The position numbers and the translations under genes were made by a program. Below the pieces are notes generated by a model. That model ran no database searches. It worked only from the letters and a program-made list of their open reading frames with translations, and was not told the origin of the DNA. From Oikopleura dioica (lineage: Eukaryota; Animalia; Chordata): 64,000 nucleotides of DNA. The DNA lies in NCBI GenBank assembly GCA_907165135.1, contig OU015567.1, positions 11,842,001 through 11,906,000 on the forward strand, in the 5' to 3' direction. Shown piece after piece: positions 50,355-63,412 of the stretch (position 1 is its first letter; each line of letters begins with the position of its first letter).

Positions 50355-51647
50355 CAGAATGAGCGCTGGAATCAATCATCAGTGATGTCAAACGCCACCG
50401 AACTTTTCCTGACAGTAACTTCCGCCACAATTGCAGATTCTGATGAAAATCAATTGAGCCAAGCAAAATGTCTATTGCCAAAAATTTGCCTTTGCGAAGC
50501 AGGTACTTTTTCTTTCATAGAGACAAAAATGGTCAGAAAACAAGCTTTTATTGAGGAATTATTGTATCATATAATTGAATGATTTCGCATTCAGAGCTGT
50601 TCTTCTGGAAAGAACTCAATTTGATCCCTAAACCTTTTTTTCCTAAAATCGATCACTTTCCACAACTTGCCAAATAACAACATCAGAAGGCATAATTGGG
50701 GAAGCGAGGTCTAATTAGAGTGAATAATTTTAGAGGATAACTGTCGGACGTCATTATCGGCAGTTGAAGGTTTATAACCGATAGTTGACGCAGTTGCAAA
50801 ACTTGCAATAAAATATATATTATTCAAGGCAAAAACATTCTTGACTCTCACTTTTAGCTGACAAAGAATGCCTCGTAATTCTGGGAATATTGATGATTGC
50901 CGCAGCACTCGCTCTAGCCGCTGTGCCCGTTTGTGTCATCTTCATTCGCTCAAAGCGAGTCTCAAAGGTAAATGTTAAAATGAATAATATTTTTTAAATA
51001 AAACTTTTTCATTGAAGATCAAAGCGGCGCAAAAGGCAGACCTGGAATCAATAGCAGAATCCAACAGGCGCGACACTTTGCTAAACAGGTAAATTTCACT
51101 CAGACAAAATAGCGCGCCCCTCTGGCGATTTGGCAAAGGCCTGGAAATTCAATAAAACACCTTTATTAGAAGCAATGCGCGCTTCCGGCGAGAGTAGCAT
51201 CGATCTGTGACAGATTTTGTCAGAAATTGACCTTAAAATTCAATTAGAAATTCTATCGGTGCGTAATTTTTAAGGCTAAATTTTCACTGACTATTATGCT
51301 CTTGAATAATTTTGAATTATAGCGCGAAATTATAATAATTAAGCTAAATTGTGGATCAAAGACACCACTTGAGATATTCCAGATGTTATTCTCTTCATTA
51401 TTGATCTCAACTGTAGATGAATTAACCGCCTCAAAATTTCTGTTTTAGGTCGAGTACAATCAATTACTACGCTACAGAGTTGGAAACCAACACAGTAAAG
51501 ATGGATTCTGCAAACAGAACGTATTCAAATCTAGCGCCGAGTGTTGGCAAATCAAGTTCTACTGGCTCTACCGACGAGTCTGGCTACACTTCCGATTCGC
51601 TACTGGCGACTTTTGAACTGCAAACTTCTTTTTCAAACTCAAACTAA
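50355..51647 (+). CDS. Type-I membrane protein with Tyr-motif cytoplasmic tail; 5' exons unresolved
   Basis: Spliced ...CLVILGILMIAAALALAAVPVCVIFIRSKR...INYYATEL...TYSNL...SGYTSDSLL...*. GT-AG junctions keep the frame. Confidence 0.5.
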
Positions 51648-51706
51648 TATATTCAAACAAAAATTGTTAATTAACAAATTTATTGGAAATCGTGGTCAGT
51701 GATAAA

Positions 51707-54700
51707 TTACTTGCTCTCAAGAGCCTTTGATCGAGCCTTGTTAACAGCGGCTTCAGCCATTTCAGCTCGCTCGTTAGCTTCGTCAAGTTCGTGCTGGACC
51801 TTTCGGAATCGGGACATGGCGGAAGAAGCAGATTCAGTGGCGTCTTCAGCGGCCTTCTTGTAGGACTTGACCTTGGAGTTGAGCTTGTCGATGCTGTCAG
51901 AAAGTCGGACAAGGTTCTTCTTGTCTTCATCGTTCGCGTAGTTGGCTTCCTTGTATTTACGCTCGAGCTTTCGCATGACCTTGGTGTTGTCGCTAGTTCG
52001 TCGCTGCTCGCTCTCGAGTTCCATTTCGATTTCTCTGCACTTGGTCTCGAGCTTCTGGACGGCCTTCTTACCACCCTTAAGAGCGACCTGTTCAGCTTCG
52101 TCAAGTCGCATCTGGAGATCTCGAAGGGAGTTCTCCTGGTTCTTCTTCATACGCTCAAGATGCTGGGACTGGTCCTGCTCCTTCTTTAGGTCTTCAGAGA
52201 GAAGGGCGGCGGTAGTGAGGGCCTTCTTAGCAGCATCCTCAGCAGATCGAGCCTCACCAATGGCTTCTTCGACTTCGGTCTTGACAGCGTTGAGCTCACC
52301 CTCGATCTTTCGCTTCTGGTTGATGAAAGCGCCGTTTTGGGTGTGGAGCATGTTAGATCGCTCGTTAGCCTCCATGAGGTCGTTTTCGGCCTGTTTTCGG
52401 GTTCGCTCGGCCTGCTCGAGTCCCTGTCGGAGCTCTTCAATTTCAGAGGTCATAAGGCCAACTCGTCGCTCAGAGACAGCAGATTGTTCTCGAAGATCTT
52501 CAGTCTGTCGCTGAGAATCATCAAGTCTCTGGTTCAAGTCCTTGAGCTGAAGGAGGAGATCCTTGGTGTTCTTCTGGGCATCCTGAGCCTGTCGGGAGGA
52601 TGTAGCCATGTTGACCTCGAGGTCATTAAGATCGGATTCCATCTTCTTTCGGGATCGGATGGCTTCACCTCGAGCTCGCATCTCATTGTCGAGAGAAGCT
52701 TGGATCTGCTCAACAGATCGTGAGGCATTTCGTCGAGCGTTGTCGATTTCTTCGTCCTTCTCAGCCAATCGTCGATCGATTTCCTGCTTGAGCTGCTGAA
52801 GTTCAACCTGGACTCGGAGAGTCTTGGCTTCTTCGGACTCAATGGCGGCCTCGGCTTCTTCAAGAGAGGACTGGATGTCCGCTCGCTCCTGGTCAGCCAT
52901 TCGCTTAGTCTTCTCAAGCTCATGAATAGTCTTGGATCCTTCTTGGAGCTGGTCGACAAGCTCCTGAGCCTCTTCAGCGAGATTCTTGTTTTCTCGTCGG
53001 ATAGCTTCAAGGTTCTCAACAGTCTCTTCAGTAGAATTCTTGAGCTTGAAGAGTTCAGTCTGCTGGTTTCGCACTTCTTTTTGAGCAAGCTCAAGTTCGA
53101 CCTGGGCTTCTTCTTGCTTCTGTTTAGCTTCTGCAAGGAGCTTATCGAAGTTTCGCTGCTTCTTGTCAAGCTGAGATGCAGCGGCGTTTGATCGTTCAAG
53201 ATCGGCGGAGAGATCTTCAACTTCACCCTGGAGTCGGGTCTTGGTCTTTTCGAGAGATCCGCATCGGCCTTGAGCGGCTTCGACCTGCTCTTCAGATTCC
53301 TGAAGTCGAGCGACGAGCTTCTTCTTAGCTTCCTCAAGTTCTTCAGTTCGCTGAATAGCATCAGTCTCGTACTTGTTTCGCCACTGGACGCACTCGTTGT
53401 TAGACTTGCTGAGATTTCGCTGAAGTTCTTGCTTGGACTCCTGCTCTTCCTCCATCTGTTCTCGGAGCATATCAGTGTCGTGTCGCTGAGACTGAAGTTG
53501 GTGAGAGAGCGAGTTCTTAGACTTGGACTCTTCATCGTGCTGTCGCTTGAGCTCATCGTGAGTTTGAGAGAGGGAGTTCTTGTTTCGAACAAGCTGAGTG
53601 TTAACAGTGTCCTTCTCTTCAATATGTCGACGATAGTCGTTGATCTCCATCTGGATTCGATTGTTATCGTTGTTGGAGTCGGAAAGTACGACGGCGCCTT
53701 CTTCAAGTTTCATCTTGAGGTCAGCGATGTTATCCTCAAGGTTGCGAGTCTGCTTTTCGTAGTTAAGCTTAGATTTGGTGAGAGACTCAACATTGACGTG
53801 GAGCTCATCGACTTCCATCTTTGCTTCGGACTTTTCCTTTTCGAGCTTCTGCTTGATTCGGTTAAGATTTTCAATCTGCTCGCCGAGAGAGGTGGTCTGA
53901 TCACCCTGCTTCTTTCGGATATTAGAAAGAGATGATTCGTGGTTAAGAGTGGCTTCCTCAAGTTCTCGTCGAACCTTGGCGGCTTCAGCGTCTCGTCGCT
54001 TGGCAATTTCGATCTGAGCTTGAGTGTTGGATCCAGCTTCTTCAAGTCGCTCAGCGAGCTCCTCAAGTTCTCTGGAAAGATCTCCTCGAGTCTTTTCAGA
54101 TCGAGCTCGTCCACCTCGCTCAGATTCGAGCTCTTCTTCGACTTCTTCGGTTCGACCCTGGAGCTCCTTGATTTTTTTCTGGAGCTGAGCGGCCATAGCC
54201 TGCTCATCCTCAAGCTTCGCGTTGAGCTGGGAGAAATCAAATTCAGACTTCTTCAAGGCTTCTTCCTGACCAGCCTTGTCATTTTCAAGATCCATAATCT
54301 GTTCTTGAGAGAGTCGAATGTCGCCTTCAAGCTTTCTCTTGGCTCGTTCAAGGTCCATTCGAGACTTTTTCTCAGCTTCGAGGCCGATTTCAAGATCATC
54401 GACCTGCTGTTCGAGTTTGCCCTTGGACTTGGTGAGATTGACGACCTTTTCTTCCTCATTTTGAAGATCTCCAAGAGTCTGCTTGTGAGCTTCTTGAAGA
54501 GCTTTCTTCTCCTTTTCAAGCTTGTGAATGGCCTCGCTAACAGAAGCAAGTTCCTCGGTAACGTTCTTGGACTTGTTCTCAGTTGCGTGCTTTTCTTTTT
54601 CAATCTTGGCAAGAGTCAGCTCAAGATCATCAATATCCTTCTTAAGTTCGGAAGATTCATCTTCGAGCTTTCGTTTCTTAGCAACAAGCTCGTTGTTCAT

Positions 54701-57636
54701 TTCTTCCTCATCTTCAAGTTTCTCCTGGAGATCTCGGATCTTTGCATCAAGCTCGATCTTAGCAGCAATGAGTTCTTCGCATCGACCCTCAGCGTCATCA
54801 AGGAGAGCGTTTTGAGTCTCAGCCTTTTGGGTCAGTTCATTTCGCTCCTGTTCGAGAGCAACAGACTGCTCCTCGAGCTCAGCTCGTCGCTTTTTCTCCT
54901 TCTCGAGCTGCTTTTTGACCTCATCATAGTTCTTTTCAAGCTCCTGCATCTTCTTGCCCTCTTCGGCTTGGGAGATAAGAGGCTTGATTTTGTAGATGAT
55001 CTTCATCCATTCCCAGTCCTTCAAGTACTGGAAGGCTCGGATATTACCCTGGATGATTTCGATCGAATCTCGTCGCTTGATCATCTCAGCGTAAGTTCGC
55101 TCAGCAAGTCGGTATCGCATGTAAGACTGGAGAGAAGTGAGAATGGCAGCAATTTTTTCATCACGCTCGTCTTCGAGATCACCAATAACACCAGCTTTGA
55201 AGAAAAGTTTAGTGTGGCCGAACTTATGCTTCTGGTCGGAAAGAGCGATTCCAGTACAAATTTCCTTAGACATGGCTTTCCAGTCACAGAACTCCTGGTC
55301 CTTCTTTGCTTCAGCGTGAAGAATGACATATCGCTTGGCAAATTCTTCGTACTGGACTCGAGAAGGGAAACCCTTTCGGCAAATACGGATACCTTCCAAC
55401 ACACCGTTACATCGAAGCTGATGGAGAACAAGATTCCAGTCCATGTGGCCGGGCTTTTTGATTTCGTTGGGGACAATGCAGCGGACAAAATGGGGCTGAG
55501 TAGATCGAAGGTTTGACATGAGTCGACCAAGGGATTCTCGGTGAAGACCGGAGACAGTCTGGAAAGAACCACCCTTTTGCCGCTTTCCACCTTTTCCTCC
55601 GCCACCCTTTTTGGCAGCTTCGGCGGCTTCTTCAGCAGAAACGTATGAGTCCCACTGAGCGAGGATACACTTGTTGGAAGATTTCCTGAAAACAAAGTTA
55701 AAATCAGTAAAAATAAAGTGATATTACTTAAAGAGACCGACGACAGAAGGGTTGAGAGGATCCTTGTTCTTGAGAAGCCAATCAGTGACGTTGTAACCGA
55801 CAGTACCGGCGTAGTGGTAAAGCTCAAAGTGAGGAGCAGGGACGTCAGCGTTCTTGTGGTTCTTGGGGTTGGGCTTGCCGATCTTGTCGTTCTTACCCAA
55901 ATGCTGCTGGAAGAGCTTGTCTCTGAAGGTCATATCAGTAGCCTTCGGGAACATGCACTCTTCTTCGAGAGTGGACATGATACCAAGAGGCTTTTCGATC
56001 AAGTCGATGGTAGCGGCCAAATCCATACCGAAATCGATCATTTCCCACTCAATACCTTCCTTCTTGTATTCTTCCTGCTCGAGAACGAACATGTGGTGGT
56101 TGAAGAACTGCTGGAGTTTCTCATTGGTGTAGTTGATGCAGAGCTGTTCGAAGGTGTTGAATTCAAAAATTTCGAAACCGGCGATATCGAGAATACCGAT
56201 GAAGAAAGATCGAGGAAGGTCAGTAGAAAGGGCTCGGTTGACGACTTCGACGAGCCATTTGAAGAGTCGATCGAAGACAGCCTTGCAGATGGCCTTCAGG
56301 GCGTAGTTGACCTGGTCAACGGTCTGACCCTTGGTCACGTAATCAGCGCCGACCTTAATTCGTGGGGTACAGAGGGCCTTGGTATATTCAGAACCAGAGA
56401 TACCCAACATGTAACCAGCAAGATCAGCAGCTTCATGTCCATCGGGTTCAGCCTGTTCTTCTCGGGGCTTCTGCTTGAACTCCATGTTGCCAGAGTGCAT
56501 CAAACCAGCAGTAATCATGTAGATACCAGCCTTCTCCTCAGCGTTGAAACCGAGAACGTCAAAGGAAGAGTCAGTAGCATCGAGTTCTTCAACATCGTTG
56601 ATAGACTTGACCTTAATCTCACCCATTGAGCAGTATTTGTAATCATAAGGGTTGTGCGTGATCTGGGTCATTTCGTTGATGTCCTTTCGGCCTTCGCAGC
56701 AGATCTGGTAGAAAATATGGAAACATCGCTCGGCCTTGAGCTGGAAGACAACTCGAGACTTTTCGAGCAGGTAGGTATCGATATCACCAGAAGCGAGTTT
56801 ACCAGTGAGACCGAAGTGAATTCGGATAAATTTACCGAATCGAGAAGAGTTATCGTTACGGGTGGTCTTAGCGTTACCGAAGGCCTCCATAGCAGGGTTG
56901 GCAGCGACAATCTGATCTTCGAGGGTTCCACCTCCCTTGAGAGCTGGAGCACCGTCGTCACCGTCTTTACCTCCAGATCCAAGGGCGGCGACAACGGCGA
57001 AGTACTGGATGACTCGCTTGGTATTGACAGTTTTACCAGCTCCGGACTCGCCGGTGATCAACATGGACTGGTTATGTCGTTCTCGCAACATATCGTTGTA
57101 GGCGTTATCGGAGATGGAGAAAATATGGGGAGGCATTTCAGACTTTCTCTTGCCCTTGTAGCAACCGACGACGTGGTTGTCGTAGACGGAGAGCCACTTG
57201 TAGGGGTTGACAGTGATACAAAAGAGACCGGAGTAGGTGTAGATCATGAACTTCTTGTATCGCTCGTCCAAGTTGTAGACCACAGCAGCCTCAGAGAGGT
57301 AGGTCATGTTGGCCAAATCCTCGAGCAACTCGTACTTTGGAGGGTTTTGCTTTTCAACCTAAAGACGGAGTAAATCAGTGTTTTTTCAAATCAACAGCTT
57401 ACCTGCTCGTCTTTAAAGTCCTTCTCCTTGTTATCATTCAATCGTCGGACCTTGGTGGTTCCGGGCTTGTCACCCTTACCGATGACGAGACCCTTGACGT
57501 AACCAGTCTCAGAGAAAGGGACCCAGACCTGCTTGCCACCCTCAAAGGGCTGGTTTCGGATCTCCAACATAGTGGTATCGGGAAGTCGGAGCCATTGAGC
57601 GGCACTACCGGCTGCCTCGGGATCCCAAAGCGACAT
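51707..57636 (-). CDS. MYH: Sarcomeric (muscle) myosin II heavy chain
   Basis: [34 protein letters not shown] and a long heptad rod. Only two coding introns (near 55686-55727 and 57359-57402). Confidence 0.97.
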
Positions 57637-57729
57637 CTTTAAAAATAATTAATAAAAAATTAAGTCTCTGGGTATACCTTGTTGAAGTTTTAGTTCAGAA
57701 CAAAATGTTGAATTGCAAAAAGCTGGGGC

Positions 57730-57880
57730 GTATTTATGCACACGATTTGAAGGTGTTGACTTGCTTGGAAGAGCCAAACCGGCTCTGATAAAGATGACGA
57801 GTCGCTAATTTCCTGCGTTTCAGCTGTACTTAACCAAGTGCCAAGCGCGTTTGTACCTTTCTACCGCACGAGAGTGACGT
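57730..57880 (-). promoter_or_regulatory. Putative MYH proximal promoter: TATA-like box with T-box, CRE-like and E-box motifs
   Basis: CATAAATA on the minus strand near 57731-57738. AGGTGTTGA 57751-57759, TGACG 57795-57799, CAGCTG 57821-57826, TGACGT 57875-57880. Confidence 0.45.
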
Positions 57881-58280
57881 TAATCTTGTTGAAAGATAGG
57901 CAATATCTGTAAGAATACGAGCAGGAATGGTATTTTATACCTACCTGATCTCCCGTGCGGTACATTGTCACCATCGTTGATTGACGACTTTCACACTTTG
58001 TTTTATTCTTGGCGCGTGCATATCACTATTAGCGCATCTAAAATAATCCATCAGGAAAGTGATGATAAGCCGGTTATTGGGAAATTTACTTCTGGGTTTG
58101 TTCCTGTAGAAAAAGGTACTTTTCCATCAATCATGGCGTCTGTTAGGCATATGGTGATGGAATTAAATGTCAAAAATGCCGTCTTTTCATGAAAAATTTA
58201 TACAAAAGCCTGGAGTTTCATGAATCAATGCTTCTCGCAGCTTCAAATTTGATTTTCACCTTTGAGTTTTTAAAAGAATA

Positions 58281-58528
58281 ATGTCCTATCGAGATTACCA
58301 AGATGAAACGAAGTATGAAGAACTGTCCGCAATAGTTTGTACTGCCCTGAAAGCAAGAAAGAAAATATTTTTAAGGACTGCATCTCGATGTTCTTTCTTT
58401 CGATCGCGATAATTTTGACAAGTTTGCTCTGCGCACTTTGGATATTGGTCGAGTTTAATATCGAAGAAGTTATTAATTTTATCGGTATCGTTATGTTCAT
58501 TTTCCTCTACCTCTCAACTTCGTTTTAA
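58281..58528 (+). CDS. Small two-TM protein (about 67 aa)
   Basis: ATG exon MSYRDYQDETKYEELSAI, a 41-nt GT-AG intron, then two hydrophobic segments. Confidence 0.4.
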
Positions 58529-59894
58529 CAGTAGTTCTCTTTGGTCAGGCGCCTTTGTTCGACTCGCCGCGGAAACCACCTTCCATTGATATTACCAACA
58601 TGTCCGATGTCGGTTCGGAGGCAAGGATGGTAGTTCAAGTTTACGTTTTTATTGCTCATTTTTAGGCGATGAGCAGAAGGAGCCGCGCGGAACGATATAG
58701 CATTTACAGAAACAGTTGCCATTTTATCGTTGAAGAAGGTAAGAGTTCAATGACAAAGAAATGTGAGTTGAGTTTTAAAATTTTTATAGAAGCAAACGAG
58801 CTTCAAGAAGGAATTATTGAAGAAGTCGAAGAAGAAGAAGATGGATTTTCCTAAAGGAAAGACATTTCATATGTGCATTGAAAATCTAAAACACGAAAGA
58901 ATTAATAATATCGGAAAAGTGATTTCATGGTGTGGATTTGGGTTTATTAGGGCGGGGAAGGTGGTTTGCGAGATCTTGCAAAATCTGCGCTGCGGTCGGT
59001 CGATCCGTTCTGTCCTTGAAGAGCTCGATCCTGGAGCTAATTATGCAGAGATCAGCTACCATCATTTACAAGAGATCATTTCTATTGGCTTTTTAGAAGC
59101 CTTTATAAAGCGAAAAGAAAAATGTAAGTAAAGCGAGTCTGATCCTTTACGGGAAGTCAGAGGATAAATAATTAGAGAATGAATGAGAAACTGTCCTTCA
59201 ATCAGAATATAGGCAGTAATTATAAATTGATATTTAATTTAATTCGGAAAAGGGTGTGAGACAGAGCGCTGCATGTCACAATAATCGACTTTGAAATGAC
59301 GGTTAATAATTTACAACCGAAAAAAAAAGAAAAAGAATTAATCGCCATCTGGCTGTTACAGCCGAGGCTCTATCACTTCTGTTTACTATTCGCATATTGA
59401 ATATTCACAGATAGAAATCTCGAGTTAATTTTAATTTTGGAAAAAAATGAAAGACTTACATGAAGTGGGAAAAGAGGATTAAAAAGAGTGGATAATTTCA
59501 GAGTCAGCGGGTGACTCCCGCGACGATTCCAAATTTCATTTTGCAAGAGAAAAAATCCAAGAAGGTATGAAAATTATTCTTGATTTAAAAAATATCAATC
59601 AGATTTTGTTAATTTAAGAGAATCGTTTGCACATATGTTCCGCATAAATTATTCGAATCTCGATCGAAACAAATAGAGCTTTGATAGAATAAACGGAATA
59701 ACAGACACTCCAGTAGTACTACCCATTTTTAAGGTGTTGGGTACAGTAAGAGTGTCAATCAAACAGGCGGCGGATGATTAAACTTGTGACAGTTGCATTG
59801 TTAATACTCCTTTGGACTTTCTTTTTATAGTTTCTCCGATATCAACTTCTCGCCCTCTCATAACGAGTTGCAGAAAAAAGCAAACAGAGAAATC

Positions 59895-61171
59895 ATGTCG
59901 AGCGAAATTCAATGTGAAGGTCAGTGAACAGTCATTCATGGTATGAAAGATGATGACAACTTTTGTAGATCAAAAATTCATGTGCCGCGATGAAAGTTGG
60001 CTGGTTCAGTGCAACAGAATCGAAAAGATCCGACTTTTATGTCCAAAGGTAATCTTAATACGAGGCATGAAAGACCGTAACCGTCCATAGACATGTGGTT
60101 TATGCTCCGAAGCAGGCGGCACGGTCAACATCGTCATCAGTGGAGTCAAATCAATCGGCCAAAATTCCATTCCAACCCTGACTCCATTCGAATCTGGCAA
60201 CTCGAACTCAGCGCTTCTGTCTTCTCCAGCTACTCCAAACTCGGAAACAGTTGTTCAAATTTCCAGCTCCAGTGGGTTCACATTCCCTGTTCCCGGAGTT
60301 GTTTGGTACCTTGTTCTCTTGGGCACATTTTTATTAGTGATTGCTGTGGGACTGATCGTCATTTTTGAGAGGCATCATTTGAGAAAACTTCTCGGAAAGA
60401 AGACCTACTGCTGCAACAATCCTTGTAAGCTAGAATATCTTAGGATAAGTTGAAACATGATTTAGATTACCTCAAAGAAAATTCAAGCGAGAACACTCAC
60501 AGAGGCGATGAAAGCGTTTTTCCTTCTCATAATGCTACACTTGAAAGACTTGGAAATCAGGTATCAAAAGTAAGCAGGAGAATAGTTGATGAGCTCAATA
60601 TTTAGAGCACGTTACCCTTCCCCAACCCGCCGCCTGCTGAAGGCTCGCTGTCAAAAGAACTTGAAAAAGTCAAAAAGACTACGAAATCGATACAACAACT
60701 CCTCTTGGTAAAATTGTAACTGTTTGACCCTCTTTTAATAGATCTTTTTCTAAGTTGTCGCTCAAGTTTCCAGCCCTTCTACGATGCTCGAAAACAACAG
60801 GATGCATTTCAGATCTTTATGGCTCGAAGCTGCCCCTAAACCGTAAGTTCAAATGAGTAAAATCAGCCTTGAGCACTGCTTTAAGAATCAAGCCGGTAAA
60901 AGACTTGCGCTGGAAAGACCAAGAAGACATGAACAGATCGTATTTACCCGCGGATAATCTAACGACAGTTGTTTCCCAACGTCATTTGGATCAAAAACCA
61001 ACGTCTGAGGTTTCTGGCTCCGGTGGCTCCCTCAGTGTCAACGACGGTAAATTAAAAAGAAATCGATTCAATCATATGCTTTTAGAAGTAGACGATGCTG
61101 AGGCTGCCGAAGCCGAGGAGGCGGAAGCTGAGGCAAACGAAGCTGCCGAAGCAGGAGAATGTATAGTTTAA
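59895..61171 (+). CDS. ShKT-domain single-pass membrane protein; true start may be upstream
   Basis: Spliced CEDQKFMCRDESWLVQCNRIEKIRLLCPKTCGLC (six Cys), S/T/P stalk, TM VVWYLVLLGTFLLVIAVGLIVIF, acidic Ala/Glu tail. Confidence 0.65.
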
Positions 61172-61350
61172 AATGTGGAATAAATTATTTTCAACAAAAA
61201 TGTTTATTTTGTCTAATTAATAAAATGAGGAGGTTCCAGAACACAGTTTAAAATTGAGGTAACAAGTGTGAATGTACAGAGTGAGGAATAGATGAGTAAG
61301 AAATAAATTATATGTACACAAAGATCATTTTTTGGCATAATACAATTTTT

Positions 61351-61620
61351 GGAACTTTTAAGCTTGGACGATGAGTAATCGGAACTTTTAAGTGTGGACG
61401 AGGAGTAATCGGAACTTTTAAGCTTGGACGATGAGTAATCGGAACTTTTAAGTGTGGACGATGAGTAATCGGAACTTTTAAGCTTGGACGAGTAGTAATC
61501 GGAACTTTTAAGGGTGGACAAGTAGTAATCGGAACTTTTAAGGGTGGACAAGTAGTAATCGGAACTTTTAAGGGTGGACGAGTAGTAATCGGAACTTTTA
61601 AGGGTGGACGAGTAGTAAAA
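61351..61620 (+). repeat. 30-bp tandem array (9 units, GGAACTTTTAAGGGTGGACGAGTAGTAATC) in the left TIR
   Basis: Direct reading of the sequence. Confidence 0.95.
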
Positions 61621-61762
61621 GGATTTCCTAAAAATCCAAGAAAAAAAATGGAAATTTTCATTTTTCCAAATTTTTTCAAACTTAATTTTAAGGGTGTAAG
61701 AGGCCTACCGGCCTAGAGAAAACCCCCTTAAAATGCGCCTTTCGGGCCCCTCTTTCATTTAA

Positions 61763-62498
61763 GGGACCCAGTTAGGTAGATTCAGGCGCGCATTCAGGCG
61801 CTCAGCTGATGATCAGTTGTGAAGATTTTTTCGATCTTTTTTCTGCAAAGCATATCCTCAGACTCTCAGCTTTCATTTCCAATTCTCAGAATTTTTATAC
61901 GACCTAAAGTTTGGTCGCTAGAACTGAATGAAGTTCACTAGTTTCAAAAGCTATCTTGTCCTACAGTTTTCATTTTTACCAATCAAAATTACTACTGGCT
62001 GAAAGCTGAGAAAATTCTCTACAAATCCCACCTAGTGTGCAATTTTATGTCAATACTGATTGTAATCAGGAAGCGATTCTTGGAAGTACTTAGCGCGCGC
62101 TCAGTGGGAATCCCTCGCAAATAAGCCTTTTGAGCGCTGCGTGACACGCTGCGCGCGCTAAATTTGGTTCATTTACATGGTTATCAGTTTCTGTACGCCA
62201 TATATGAGGACAAGAAAATTGCACACTAGGTGGGATTTGTAGAAAATTTTCTCAGCTTTCAGCCAGTAGTAATTTTGATTGGTAAAAATGAGAACTGTAG
62301 GACAAGATAGCTTTTGAAACTAGTGAACTTCATTCAGTTCTAGCGACCAAACTTTAGGTCGTATAAAAATTCTGAGAATTGGAAATGAAAGCTGAGAGTC
62401 TGAGGATATAATTTGCAGAAAAAAGATTGAAAAAATCTTGACAACTGATCATCAGGTGAGCGCCTGAATTCGCGCCTGAATCTACCTAACTGGGTCCC
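61763..62498. mobile_element. Nested MITE (736 bp) with TTAA TSD and ~280-bp TIRs (Kolobok-like termini)
   Basis: TTAA at 61759-61762 and 62499-62502. Termini GGGACCCAGTTAGGTAGATTCAGGCG / CGCCTGAATCTACCTAACTGGGTCCC. Arms near-identical around a ~170-bp core. Confidence 0.75.
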
Positions 62499-62640
62499 TT
62501 AAACGGGGTTTCATTAGGCCGGCAGGCCTTAAACACCCTTAAAATTTAATTTGAAAAAAATTTTCTAAGATCACTTTTCCGATTACTAGTCGTCCGTGCT
62601 TAAAAGTTCCTTTTTTTCGCTTAACTTTTTAGGAAAATCC

Positions 62641-62880
62641 TTTTACTACTCGTCCACCCTTAAAAGTTCCGATTACTACTCGTCCACCCTTAAAAGTTCC
62701 GATTACTACTCGTCCACCCTTAAAAGTTCCGATTACTACTCGTCCACCCTTAAAAGTTCCGATTACTACTTGTCCACCCTTAAAAGTTCCGATTACTACT
62801 CATCCACCCTTAAAAGTTCCGATTACTCCTCGTCCACACTTAAAAGTTCCGATTACTCATCGTCCAAGCCCAAAAGTTCC
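62641..62880 (-). repeat. Same 30-bp tandem array inverted (8 units) in the right TIR
   Basis: GATTACTACTCGTCCACCCTTAAAAGTTCC units, the reverse complement of the left array. Confidence 0.95.
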
Positions 62881-63142
62881 AAAAATTGTATAATGCCCAT
62901 TTTTTATACAGAACCTAAATTTGTACTTTTATGCTGTAAATTTTTCGTTTTCGTTTCTTTTTTTTGGCTAGTTAGATGTTGACGCTTTAGAAGTTGGCTT
63001 TCGGACCGACTTTTCGGTCTTTCGTTTTTTTGCAGTGGAAGGAGGTATTATTGCTGAACTGAACTGAGCACGCAGGATGGGAGTCAAGGATGAGTACGTT
63101 TGTAGAAGTTGGGTATCGTTTTTTTTGTCTTTGAGTATTTGG

Positions 63143-63412
63143 CTATTTACACTCTCCAAGCCCGCTTGTTGGAGCTTCTATCAGGTTAAGGCGTAGATCT
63201 AACTCCCGTTTGTTCAGGTACACGTCCGAAATGCATCCATGGAAGCCTTCTATTGAGTCACCGAATTCGTTTTTCATTCCACCAATAAACGCAAAACCGT
63301 CCGCGGCGAAATCGACAGTAGTTAGTGCAAGGTCGGAGTCGGCATAAGAACCATTGTCGATGAGAAGATTGAGGGTTCGGAAACCGACGTCCTTTTCTTT
63401 TTTGTAGACGAC
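63143..63412 (-). CDS. Terminal exon of a laminin-G-domain gene entering from the right edge
   Basis: After a TTAG acceptor: ...GFAFIGGMKNEFGDSIEGFHGCISDVYLNKRELDL...GLGECK*, a typical LamG C-terminal signature. Confidence 0.7.
   Translation of the reverse strand, partial: VVYKKEKDVGFRTLNLLIDNGSYADSDLALTTVDFAADGFAFIGGMKNEFGDSIEGFHGCISDVYLNKRELDLRLNLIEAPTSGLGECK

Larger units (their letters stand above)
61334..62897. mobile_element. Foldback-like non-autonomous TIR element (1564 bp including nested insert); GG...CC termini, 8-bp TSD
   Basis: TSD CATTTTTT at 61326-61333 and 62898-62905. Termini GGCATAATACAATTTTTGGAAC / GTTCCAAAAATTGTATAATGCC. Confidence 0.88.

Noticed and set aside
51791-56629. 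Long plus-strand ORFs (for example 53939-55516, 525 aa) opposite myosin
   Set aside because: Antisense shadows of a codon-biased coiled-coil gene, with Leu/Phe/Ser-rich translations and no domain.
58669-59131. Possible small plus-strand gene
   Set aside because: No consistent start and splice path, and no recognisable domain.
61213-62982. Repetitive ORFs (STLKSSDYY... and PPLKVPITT...) and a CRISPR-like appearance
   Set aside because: These are translations of the 30-bp tandem arrays. Units are contiguous with no unique spacers, there are no cas genes, and the context is eukaryotic.
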